From: Felis catus
Taxonomy: Eukaryota
Direction of reading: 5' to 3'
DNA length: 64,000 bases
Assembly (NCBI RefSeq): GCF_018350175.1
Contig: NC_058383.1
Coordinates: 17,238,001-17,302,000, forward strand
Numbering within the stretch: position 1 is the stretch's first letter; the number at the start of each line of letters is the position of its first letter. Under the pieces are notes generated by a model. That model saw only the letters and a list, made by a program, of their open reading frames with translations. It ran no database searches and was not told the origin of the DNA. Shown piece by piece: positions 1 to 12,125 of the stretch. The translations under genes were made by a program, and so were the position numbers.

Positions 1-1525
1 CAGTACACATCTTTCTCTGTTGGGGCCTATAATTTATCATTCTTTCCTGTTGAAGAGTCTTCTGTTGGGATCTGTAATTAACAATTCTTCCTTGATGTTG
101 AATGGTACAGCTCCTTCTTCTCTCTGCTTTAGTGAGATTTCCTTTTATTAATTTTCACATAATTGGAAATCATATTACTTACTCATAGTGGATATTTGTT
201 GTTTTAGGCCACTCAGTACCTAAGTACCATTCTTCCCTTCTTTTGCTAATAGCCAGTTTCCTTTTGACCAGTTAACTCTCCACCATTGTATAAATTTCTT
301 GGTGATACAGTAAGTCCATGTATGTTAAGGTGACACCCTCCCTTAACTAAATGAGTAGCCTCTTAACCAGAGTAAGATCAAAAGGACTCTCTATTTTTTT
401 TAACGTTTATTTATTTTGAAGGTTTTTTTCTGAGAGAGAAAGAGGGTGCAAGTGAGCAAGGAGCAGAGAGAGAGAAGTGGGGCTCATCCAGGGCTTGTGT
501 TCACCTGAAGTGGGACTCGAGCTCACATGAAGCAGGGCTTGAGCATACTGGATGTGGAATTCGAATCATGAACTGTGAGATCATAACCTGAGCTGAAATC
601 AGATGCTTAACAACTGAGCCACTCGGGTGCCCCGCCCCTATTTTTTTATTTTGAAACAGAGAGTGAGTGAGAGCATGCATGAGCAGGGTAGGAACAGAGA
701 GAGAAGGAGAGAGGGAAGCCCAAGCAGGCACTCCAACTCGGAGCTTGAACCATGAGATCATGACTTGAGCTGAAATCAAGAGGTGGACACTTAACCAACT
801 GAGCCACACAGGCACCCTGGACTCTCTACTTTTAATTTGAATTTTGAGCACAGTGATGCAAAGGCATAAAATTAATATTTGGTTTCTTCCTCTCCTGTCA
901 GGACTGCCAACGCAATGGTTCTTGTCCTCTCTGAGTCTGCTTTCCTTCCATCCTATGAGCCACCAGTAAATTCCATTTTTTACCTGTTAGCCAGAGTCTG
1001 TTTTCCCAATAGGCCCTAAGTGATGCACTACTTAACAACAACAATAAAGTTGTAAGGATTAAATAATGTATGTGATAAGCTTAGCACAGTGCCTGGCATG
1101 TAGGATGTACCCAACCAATGGTAATTTGTATTGGTTGAGGCTGAGGTTCCACTGCTATAACAAAGACCCCAAAAATCACAAAGCTTTAAGCCAGACTGCC
1201 TTATTGACAGTCCAGGGAAGTTAGAGAGTATCCACAGTATTGGAGAGCCAGGCTCTTTCTAGCAGTTTGTTCTGTTATCCCAAGGTATGTCCTCATCCAC
1301 CTCATCAAAGATGGCCTACCACCATGTCCACCTTCCCACTGGCAGGAAAAATAAAGGATATGGTGAGTGTGCCTCTTTCCTTTAAGGGTATGACCTAAGA
1401 GCTGCACATATCATTTCCCCTTCCATCTCACTGGCCAGAGCTTAACCACATGGTTACACATAGCTGCAAAGGAGGTTGGGAAATGTAGTCTTTACTCCAA
1501 GTAATCATATGCCTAGCTAAAATTT

Positions 1526-2116
1526 GATAGGGGCACTTGTACCCCAATGTTTATAGCAGCACTCTCAACAATAGTCAAATTGTGGAAAGCGCCTAAATGT
1601 CCATCAACTGACGAATGGATAAAGAAATTGTGGTTTATATACACAATGGAGTACTATGTGGCAATGAGAAAGAATGAAATATGGCCCTTTGTAGCAACGA
1701 GGATGGAACTGGAGAGTGTTATGCTAAGTGAAATAAGCCATACAGAGAAAGACAGATACCATATGTTTTCACTCTTATGTGGATTCTGAGAAACTTAACA
1801 GAAACCCATGGGGGAGGGGAAGGAAAAAAAAGAAAAAAAAGAGGTTAGAGTGGGAGAGAGCCAAAGCATAAGAGACTCTTAAAAACTGAGAACAAACTGA
1901 GGGTTGATGGGGGGTGGGAGGGAGTGGAGGGGAGGTGATGGGCATTGAAGAGGGCATGTTTTGGGATAAGCACTGGGTGTTGTATGGAAACTATTTTGAC
2001 AATAAATTTCATATAATAAAAAATAAAAAATAAAGATTAATAACAAAAAAATAAAATAAATAAAAATAAAAATCACTATCACTTACTGATCAGAAAAAAA
2101 TAAAATAAAATAAAAA
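1526..2116 (+). mobile_element. 5'-truncated felid L1 (ORF2 C-terminus, 3' UTR, A-rich tail) inserted in a MaLR LTR
   Basis: ORF 1547-1789 MFIAALSTIVKLWKAPKCPSTDEWIKKLWFIYTMEYY is the L1 ORF2 end; G-rich 3' UTR; A-rich tail. Confidence 0.92.
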
Positions 2117-2705
2117 TTGGAGTTGAATTTTTAAAGAAGAAGAAAATAGATACCAGGAGACAACCAGCTCTCTCTGCCATATTATCATTATCATTCCTCT
2201 GGTTAGAACATCTTGTACAGTTTGACAAATAACCTGATCTTGTATCATTACTGTCGCATTCAGCTTCAGGGTCTCCATATTCAGGGCTTTACAGACATTG
2301 AGATTTGGGGAAAGTCTGTATGTATAAGATTCTTCCTCCAGAAAAGTTATGTGCATCTTAAATAAGACCAAGAAACAGGAAGATGGAGACTTCATGGTTC
2401 CAAATAAACACGTGTTAGGAAATAGGCTAATCCTAGAGAGGCAAAATGAGTTGCGCATTTCCCCCTCCAAGGGACTCCTCAGCAGGGAAGGACCCATAGT
2501 AAAGCTAAATATCACACCAAAGAACACCTTAAACCTTAGATCCCGAAAACCATGAGCAAGGGAGAAGACTAGGGGCAGCCTGCACCAGAGTGATTAGGAG
2601 GTGACTACAATAGCCAGCCAGGCATGTAAGGAACCCTCTGTCATCTCTCCAATTTTTTTCTCCCAGTGTCTCACCTTGGAGCTACAATTAGAAGAGGAAA
2701 GAGGT

Positions 2706-2893
2706 GGGGAGCCTGATTGGTTCAGTCGGTTAAGCAGCTGACTCAATTTTGGCTCAGATCAGATCTTACAGTCATGAGATCAAGTCCTGCATCAGGCTCT
2801 GTACTGGGCGTGGAGCCTAAGATTCTCTCTCTCTCCCTCTCCCTCTGCCCCTCTTTGCTCTCTCTCGCTCTCTCTCTCTCTCTCTCTGTCTGC
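2706..2893 (+). mobile_element. Can-SINE 5' part, split by an L1 insertion
   Basis: GGTTCAGTCGGTTAAGC tRNA-like head and (CT)n tract; tail resumes at ~4986. Confidence 0.8.
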
Positions 2894-2894
2894 T

Positions 2895-4985
2895 TTTTTT
2901 TATTTAAATTCAAGTTAGTTAACATATATGTAATATTGGTTTCAGGAGTAGAATTTAATGATTCATCACTTACATATAATACCCTGTGCTCATCCCAACA
3001 AATGCCCTCCTTAATGCCCGTTACCCATTTAGCCCACCCCCCCACCCACCTCCCCTCCAGCCACCTTCAGTTTGTTCTCTGTATTTAAGAACCTCTTATG
3101 GTTTGCCTCCCTCTCTGTTTTTATCTTATTTTTCCTTCCCTTCCCCTATGTTCACCTGCTGTGTTTCTTAAATTCCATATATGGGTGAAATCATATGGTA
3201 TTTGTCTTTCTCTGACTTATTTCATTTAGCATAATACACTCTAGTTTCATCCACATTGCTGCAAATGGCAAGATTTCATTCTTTTTGATCCCCAAGTATA
3301 TTCCATTGTGTACATATACCACTTCTTTATCCATTCAGCAGTCGGTGGACATTTGGGCTCTTTGCATAATTTGGCTATTGTTGATAGCACTTCTATAAAC
3401 ATTGGGTTGCATGTGCCCCTTTGGATCAGCATTTTTGTATCCTTTGGTTAAATACCTAGTAGTGCAATTGCTGGGTCATGGGATAGTTCTACTTTTAATT
3501 TTTTGAGGAACATCCATACTGTTTTCCAGAGTGGCTGCACCAGTTTGCATCTCACCAACAGTGCATCCTTTCCCCACATACTCACCAACATCTGTTGTTT
3601 CCTGAGTTGTTGACTTTAACCATTATGACAAGATGGTAACCCTGTGGTTTTGATTTGTATTTCCCTGATGATGAGTGATGAGTGGTGTTGAGCATCTTTT
3701 CATGTGTCTGTTAGCCATCTGGATATCTTCTTTGGAAAAGTGTCTGTTCATGTCTTTTGCCCATTTCTTCACTGTATTATTTGGTTTTTGGGTGTTGAGT
3801 CTGATAAGTTCTTTATAGATTTTGGATACTAACCCTTTATCAGATATGTCATTTACAAATATCTTCTCCCATTTCGTCAGTTGCTTTTTAGTTTTGTTGA
3901 TTGTTTCCTTCGCTGTGCAGAAGCTTTTTATCTTGATGAGGTCCCAATAGTTCATTTTTGTTTTTATTTCTCTTGCCTCCAGAGACATGTCTAGTAAGAA
4001 GTTGCTGCCAACTGGTGAAGCCACTCTGGAAAACAGTATGGAGGTTCCTCAAAAAATTAAAAGTAGAACTATCCCACAACCCAGCAATTGCACTACTACA
4101 TATTTATCCAAAGGATACAAAAATGCTGATCCAAAGGGGCACAGAGAGGGAGGAGAGACTCTTAAAGGTCGAAGAGGTTGTTGCCTGTTTTCTCCTGTAG
4201 GATTTTGATGGTTTCCTTTGTCACATGTAGGTGTCTCATCCATTTTTAATTTATTTTTGTGTATGGTGTAAGAAAGTGGTCCAGGTTCATTCTTCTGTAT
4301 GTCGCTGTCCAGTTTTCCCAACACCATTTGCTGAAAAGACTATCATTTTTCCATTGGATAATCTTTCTAGCTGGCCATACATTTGCGGGTCCATTTCTGG
4401 GTTCTATATTCTGTTGCACTGATCTATGTGTCTGCCTTTGTAGCAGTCCCATACTGTCTTGATGATTACAGCTTTGGAATACAGCTTGAAGTCTGGAATT
4501 GTGATGTCTCCAGCTTTGGTTTTCTTCCTCAGGATTGCTTTGTCTATTCAGGGTCCTTCTGGTTCCATACAAATTGTAGGATTGTTTGTTCTAGCTCTGT
4601 GAAGAATGCTGGTGTTATTTTGATAGGGATTGCATTGAATGTATAGACTGTTTCAGGTAGTATCAGCATTTTAACAACATGTGTTCTTCCGATCCATGAG
4701 CATGGGATATATTTCCATTTCTTTGTGTCTTCAATTTCTTTTATAAGCTTTCTGTAGTTTTCAGCGTACAGATCTTTTATCTTATGTTTTTTGGTGCAAT
4801 TGTAAATAGTATCAATTCCTTGATTTCTCTTTCTGCTGCTTCATTATTGATATATATAAATGCAACTGATTTCTGTACATTCATTTTATATCCTGCAACT
4901 TTGCTGAATTTGTGTATCAGTTCTAGCAGTTTTTTGGTGGAGTCTTTTGGGTTTTCCACATAGACTATCATGTCATCTGCAAATA
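2895..4985 (-). mobile_element. 5'-truncated carnivore L1 nested inside a Can-SINE, with an internal inverted segment
   Basis: Minus-strand ORF2 fragments ([49 protein letters not shown]); T-run at ~2895; SINE head at 2706-2893 and SINE tail at ~4986-5030 on either side. Confidence 0.92.
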
Positions 4986-5469
4986 TGCCCTCTCTCTGTC
5001 TAAAAAATAAATTAATTTTAAAAAATTTAAGAAGAGGAAAGAGAAGAAAGAGGAATGAAAGAGTAGATCACACCCCTGTCACTGTAGTCCTTGAGCTAGA
5101 AATATACCTTATATGGTGTAGTGAATATATACACATATATTGTATGTGTACAATATGGCTCTATCCCAGGACCCAACACTATATTTTGCTAGGTCTCAGG
5201 AAATGTTGTTTAGATGAACCACATCACAGTTTAATTTTGTATTGGACACTTGTGGTTGCCTCCCCAGCATTCAATTTCCATCTTCCCAGCAACTCTTTTT
5301 TTCTTAGTTTTTATTTAAATTTCAGTTAATTAACATACTGTGTAATATTAGTTTCTCGTGTACAATATAGTGATTAAACAATTCCAACATCACCCAGTGC
5401 TCATCACAAGTGCACTCCTTAATCCCTGTCATCTGTGTAACCTTCCAATTCCCTCTTCCCAGCAACTCT

Positions 5470-5908
5470 TAATATCCATTTAGAGAACTATGTGGCGTAA
5501 GGTTCTCTCCAGCTCCAAGGGTGGAGCATATGAACTAAACTAAGCCAATCTTTATATTCCATACCCCTCACTTCAGCAAATGGTTTAAGTGTGAGCATGT
5601 GACCTAAGCCAGACTCATCAAAGTGGATCTGAGGACAAAGAGTTTTTTCTCTTTCCAGTGTAATATAAAACTTGGAACCACTGCAGACATTTTTGCTACC
5701 ATTAAGAAATTCCACCTGTGGATAAAGCAACACAGCATAGAAACAGAGCCAGATGCCTCCTGAAAATGTGAAACTCTGGATCAAACCACATCTGAAATCC
5801 TCTCTATCTCTGAACTTTTCAGTTGCATGAGCCAGTAAATTATTTTTATTGCTTAAGTCATTGTGAGTAGAATTTTTTATTTGCAACTGTAAGTATCCCA
5901 ACTAATAC
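5470..5908 (+). mobile_element. MaLR (MLT1-like) LTR remnant
   Basis: 3' motif GAACTTTTCAGTTGCATGAGCCAGTAAATT...TTGCTTAAG...TTTGCAAC...ACTAATACA. Confidence 0.55.
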
Positions 5909-6289
5909 AGAGATATTAAGTTTTACATAATGGAAGAATATCCAAGCTGGCATATGATACAAACTAACATTTTCCAAATGTCAGCCTAACACAAGTTAAA
6001 CAATGGGATGTATGTAAATCTATGTGAATTTTCAAATAGGCCAAAGAAAAAGCAGAGAACGTTTGGAGCTTATTTAAATGTGTTGGATACCTTGCTGACA
6101 AATTTAGATAAGAAGAGACAGTTCAACCCTCTAGAGGTGCCTTCTTTAAAATCTTTCAATATTTCCCTACCACCAATTGTTAAAAGCCAACTCCTTAGCC
6201 CCTGATAATTTAGTACATAGATAACTTTCAGCCTCATTCCTAACCATTTACATAACCCAAGCTCACTGCATCAGTTACATTTAGCATGC

Positions 6290-6750
6290 CGTATGTGGTA
6301 GCCAGCATTCGAGATGTCTCCTAATGATTTTCCTCTCTTAATATTCACACCCCGTCCATATTGAATTATGGCTGGCCTGGGTAACTAATAAAATGCAAAA
6401 GAAGTGAAGGTGTGTGGCTTCCAAGGCATTTAAGCTTCTGCCTTAGTCCCTTGGATTGCTAGCTCTGGACTCTGGAGGAAGCCACCCACCATGCTGTGAA
6501 GACATTTAAGCTACCCTGTAAAGAGGCCCTGATGGGGAAGAACTGAGGTCTCGCACCAATAGCCAATACCAACTCACCTTCTATGTGAGTGAGCTACTTT
6601 GGAAATAGATCCTTCAACACCAGTCAAGCTTTCAGATGACTGCAGCCCTGGCTAACATCTGACCACAACGTCATGAGAGACACTAAGTCAGAACTGCTCA
6701 GTCACACAATCCCCGATTTCCTGACCCACATAAACCATGGAAGAAATCAT
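6290..6750 (+). mobile_element. MaLR (MLT1-like) LTR, continuing at ~7345-7400 after the L1
   Basis: TGTGGTAG start; CCAGTCAAGCTTTCAGATGACTGCAGCCCTGGC motif; TTTAAGCCACTCAGTTTGG 3' motif resumes after the L1. Confidence 0.65.
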
Positions 6751-6779
6751 TATTGGGGGGGGGGGGGGGATTGAGAAAG

Positions 6780-7340
6780 CTTTTATTTTTTAGAGCGGTT
6801 TTAAGTTGACAGCAAAATTGATAGGAAGATAGAAAGATTTCCCATACATCTCCTATCTGTACATGAGTTTAGCCTCCTCCATTATCAGCATCTTCCACCA
6901 AAGTGATATATTTGATGCCTCCATAGATTTGTACTTTCCAAAATGTCATAGAGCTGGGATTATACAGTATGTAACCTTTTCAGACTGGCTTCTTTCACTT
7001 AATAACAAATGTTTAAGAAACCTTCATGTATTTTCATGATTTGATAGTTCATTTCTTGTTAGCACTGAATAATATTCCATTGTCTGGGTGTACCACAGTT
7101 TATTTATCCATTCACCTACTGAAGGATATCTCAGTTGTTTCCAAGTTTTGACAGCTATGAATAAAGCTGCTATAAGCATCCATGTTCAGGGTTTTGTGTG
7201 GACATAAGCTTTCAGTTCCTTTGGTTAAATATCAAGGAGCATGATTGCTGCATTGTATGGTAAAGTATATTTAATTTTGTAAGAAACCACCAAACTGTCT
7301 TCCAAAGTGGCTGGGCCATTTTGCATGTCCACCAGCAATG
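6780..7340 (-). mobile_element. Older L1 (L1MA/MB-like) 3' fragment
   Basis: Typical antisense L1 3' motifs (TATTCCATTGTCTGGGTGTACCACAGTTTATTTATCCATTCACC; CAAACTGTCTTCCAAAGTGGCTG). Subfamily from memory. Confidence 0.75.
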
Positions 7341-9759
7341 ATTAATGTTGCTTTAAGCCACTCAGTTTGGAGTCATTTATTTGGAAGATTTACGTAACTA
7401 CAACCTACCATTGAACACATGTAGAATGCCTTCCTTCTGCCTCTCTTTGTTATTAACTCTTACTTCTAGAAACTTGCTAGAAACTCCTCCAAAGGTCAAT
7501 CAAACTCACCTCTTCTGAGAAGCTTGCCCTGATTTCCCTATTCAGACCCAGGCTCTCTTGTTCACAGCTCTATTAGCAGTTCTTACACTGTATTCTCATT
7601 AAGTGTTTATGAGATTATTTCTCCCACTATAGCTTATTTAAGGCAACAATTTTTTTACATGTTTAAGAAGTATTTTAATTGTATTTTATATGTACATGTG
7701 TGTGTATCATTAGACATAATTCACATAAGATAAGAACTAAAGCTATCTTCCCAAGAAGTATTTGCTGATTGCATTTCCTTGGCAAAGAATCTAGAAAGTA
7801 GTGATTTTTAGAAATATTGAAATATGAGCAAATAAAATTTTTTTCTACTTTATGATTATTATTATTTGAGAGAGAGAGACAGAGACAGAGAGAATCCCAA
7901 GCAAGCTCCACACTCCACGTGGAGCTCTACTTGGGACTGGATCCCAGGACTCTGGGATCATGATCTGAGCAGAAATAAAGATTCTCCCCCTCTGGCCCTC
8001 CCCAGCTCGCTTGGGCTCTCTCTTTCTCTCTCAAAATGAATAAATAAACATTTTTTTAAAAAGAAAAAAAGATTTGTTTTCATTTCATAGCACTCCAGTA
8101 GAAGACTCATCACTAAGACCTTTGTACAAAAGAGCTATAGACAGACAGCAGTATTACCAGCTGCTTTATCTTGATGTCTCTATTGGTTGGATTTTAATTC
8201 TTTAAATTCTTTAAAATTCTTAATGACTTTTTTAAATGTTTATTTTGGGAAAGAGAGAGAATCCCAAGCAGGCTCCCTGTGGTCACCGCAGAGCCCAACA
8301 CAGGGCTCAATCCCACTAACCATGAGATCATGACCCAAGAAGGCAACAATTTTTAATTATCCAAATGTATATACTCAAGACTAAGCATGGTACATGACAC
8401 ATTAAATAGAGCTTAGCAAATGTTGATTGAATCAATAATAACTGAAACTTCAATTCAGGATAAGACAAAGAATGTTGCAAATAAGGAGTAAGAAAAAAGG
8501 AAACAGTAAGGAAAAGTACCAAAGATATTATTGTAAAACTGGTCTCTCACTCTTAGCTCTTTAGCTCACACTGAAAACTCCTTTCCTGGGTCATAAAAAT
8601 GTCAATGAAGCCTAGATAAGCTGTAGTGGGTGGTTCCATAATGTCTTCTGCTCTCAAAAAAATTAGTCTGCAGATATAAAAGTGTAAGAACCATTGCAAC
8701 AGAGAACTGGAGCAATAATGTGGCCAAAAGCTGAATGCTCGGAACAATGTGGGGGGAGGGAAGGAGGCTAAATTTTGACAGCATATAGAAAGGAGGAACT
8801 TCTGGTTTCAGACACTTCCTGCTCACAAACAGAACAAAAAGAAGTGTGGTTTAAAAAGGGGTCCAAAATAAATATATAGATAAAAATAAGAATAAAATGG
8901 GGTCCACTAATGATGCTAAAAAAGCCATAGCTCCAAGTCTTCTTCCAGAATCTTGATAATGAAAGTTATTTTAAGAGTATAGAACACAAAGATCTTAAAG
9001 GTAAAGCACTGAGTCTAGAAACAAACTGGAATTTGAGAAGAAGTTGGAATAATGTCCATTTAGAACCTGGAAGGGAGAGGTGAATCTTGGAAAGATTTAG
9101 AAAGTAGAAAAGGTAGGACAAGTTCAGATTTAGTTATAGACATGGAATGAACTGATTGATCTGAATTAATAGGCAGCATTAATAGACATATATTAAAGAT
9201 TAATTTTCAGAAATAGAATATAGTTTTTTAAACACTGAAGCACATTTTACAAAAACCATTCCAATTTTATGCCACAAAAAAGCAGAAATAATGCCCTATT
9301 CTCTGATCATGATACATTAAGGTAAAAATAGAAAATACCAAAAATAGAAAAATGCCAAATTCTGAAAATTGAACATTTTAATAACATAGGACAAATAGTG
9401 AACACATATTATAATAACACGTTATATTTTAAAATAATAATAATAAAACACTAATTACAACCAACATTGATTGTTTATTCTGTTAAGTGTGTTAACTCTT
9501 CCAATCTTCATAGAAATCTTATGAAGAAGATATTATAACCCCCATTTTAGAGATGAAGAAACTGAAGCACATAAAAGTTATATATAATTATATACCAAGT
9601 TTTTTGCAACAGTGCTTATGTCTGTCGGGATGCTTTGGACTACAAATAACGGAGATACAAATTCAAACCTTAACCAGTGTATCGTATCACAGAACAAAAC
9701 CAGAGGTGGGTTCCAGAGTTGGGTACTCAGCAGCTCAGTGGCATTATTAAGAACTCAAT

Positions 9760-9990
9760 GGGGCGCCTGGGTGGCTCAGTTGGTTGAGCGTCCGACTTCG
9801 GCTCAGGTCATGATCTCGCGGTCGGTGAGTTCAGCCCTGCATGGGGCCCTGTGCTGCCAGCTTAGAGCCTGGAGCCTGCTTCGGATTCTGTGTCTCCCTC
9901 TCGCTCTCTGCCCCTCCCCTGCTCATGCTCTGTCTCTATCTGTCTCTCTCTGTGTCAAAAATAAACATTAAAAAAAAAAAAAAAAAAAAA
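9760..9990 (+). mobile_element. Can-SINE (SINEC_Fc-like)
   Basis: GGGGCGCCTGGGTGGCTCAGT head, (CT) tract, AATAAA and poly(A). Confidence 0.9.
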
Positions 9991-10683
9991 CTTCAGTGAT
10001 TCCAGGGTGCCTGGCTGTCTCAGAACATAATGACTCTTGATCTCAGGACCATGATAACAAGCCCCATGTTGGATGTCAAAATTACTTAAAAAGTTAGAAT
10101 AATGATAAAGTTTTAAAATCTTCCTCAACCTTAAAATAAATAAAAATAAAAGTGTAAAAACAAGAACCCAGTGATTTCATGTCATTTTATTTTAATTCCA
10201 TGGTTATGTTAAACTGAATTATTCTCAAGTTTTCCTCTTTACAAGGGTTCCCCTTGCTTCCTCTTTTCCATGTGTATATGAGGCTCATTTGCCTAAAGTG
10301 TTTAGCTTCCTCAATATCTACTGCTGAGGTTTTGTTTTGTTTTGTTAGTTTATTTTCACAAAGAGAGCAAAAGGACAGGATCTGAAGTGGGCTCTGCGCT
10401 GGCAGCAGCAAGCTTGATGTAGGGCTCGAACTCACAAACCATGAGATCATGACCTGAGCCGAAGTCAGACACCCAATTGACTGAGCCACACAGGAACCCA
10501 TCTACTGCTACAGTTTTTAGCTTCTTGCTAAACCCTTACAACTGAATCCATGAATTCCTCATTCATTCATGTGTTCATTAAAATTCAGTATCGTGTATTA
10601 AGCAACTATTATGTGCCAAACATTAGAGATCTAGAAGTAAGCAAAACATGGAAAATCCCTGCCCTCCTAGACCTTATGTTCTA

Positions 10684-11023
10684 CAGTTGACCCTTGAACA
10701 ATACACAGGTTGGGACACTGACTGCCATGCACTCCAAAATCCATGTATAACTTTTCTCTTCCCAAAAACTTAATTAGTAATAGCCTACTGTTGGCCAGAG
10801 GCCTTACTGACAACATAAACAGTCAATTAATACATATTTTGTATGTTATTTGTATTATATACTGTATTCTTACAATACAATAAACTAGAGAAAATAAAAT
10901 ATTACTAAGAAAATCATAAGGAAGAGGAAATACATTTACAGTACTATATGTATATTTATTGAAAAAAATCTGGGTGTAAGTGGACCCATGTAATTCAAAC
11001 CTGTGTTGTTCAAGGGTCAGTTG
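10684..11023. mobile_element. Tigger2/MER28-like non-autonomous DNA transposon
   Basis: Terminal inverted repeats CAGTTGACCCTTGAACAA ... TTGTTCAAGGGTCAGTTG with TA on both sides. Confidence 0.85.
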
Positions 11024-11034
11024 TAGTTGGGGAG

Positions 11035-12078
11035 TGTAGCAGACACTGTCAGCTCCCTATCCTCAAATCCCTCAGATGCTAACACCCTTCAAACCCACTG
11101 GGCAACTTCCAGAAGGCTGCTAGGGCTGCAACCCATTAAGCTGGAAGTGCAGAGAAGTTAATGCCCACCTCACCCCAAAAGCAGCTCTCAACCAATAACT
11201 TTCAGAAGTTGGTATATAAATGCCCTCGGTCCTTCATATCTTACGTGGCATAATTCTGAGGTATGTTTTTCATTGTTTCCCAGCATTTCCCCTCTGGATT
11301 AAGGTCCAGTCACCCACTAAGGTAACTGACTTAATGCACCCTGTGTACAAAGTTTCAGTTATACAGGTTGAATAAATTCTGGAGATTTAATGTACAATAA
11401 AGTGAGTATAGTTAATAATACTATATTGTATACTTGAAATCTGCTAAGAGAGTAAATCTTAAATGTTCTCACCACACACACACAAAGATAACTGTGAGGG
11501 GTACTCAGTAAGAACAGCATGTGGCTCTTGATCTCAGGGTAATGGTTTGAGTCCTACATTGGGTGTAGAGATTACTTAAATAAACTTTAGGGGTGCCTGG
11601 GTGGCTCAGTTGGTTGGGCATCTGCCTTCAGCTCAGGTCATGATCTCACAGTTCATGGGTTTGAGCCCCATGTCAGGCTCTCTCTCTCTCTCTCCCCTCT
11701 CTCTGCTCCTACCCTGCTTGCACTATCTCTCTCTCAAAATAAATAAATAAACTTAAAAAAAATTTTAATAAAAAATAAAAATAAAAATAAACTTAAAAAA
11801 GATGACTATGTGAGATGATGAAAATGTTAATTAGCTTGAATGTGATAATCATTTCACAATATACACATATATAAAAGCATCTGTACACTATAAATATATA
11901 CAATTTTTATTTCTCAATTATACCTCAATAAAGCTGGAGGAAAAAAATCTTAATGTACCCTTTATTATCTGCCTTTCCTCTATGACCCTCTGTGAGTAAT
12001 CCTTACACCTTTCAAACAAACCCCCTTACCCAAATCTTTCCTCAGGGTCTGCTTCTGGAAGAACACAACCCAAGGTAG
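11035..12078 (+). mobile_element. ERVL LTR16-like LTR interrupted by an L1 3' end and SINEs
   Basis: TGTAGCAGACACTGTC start, GCTGGAAGTGC motif, end CTCAGGGTCTGCTTCTGGAAGAACAC; similar to the element at ~16050-16442. Confidence 0.55.
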
Positions 12079-12087
12079 ATACAGATG

Positions 12088-12125
<38 letters not shown>

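Noticed and set aside
1..400. ITGAM exons expected from synteny at the left edge
   Set aside because: No integrin-like coding sequence is visible; the gene presumably lies outside the window.
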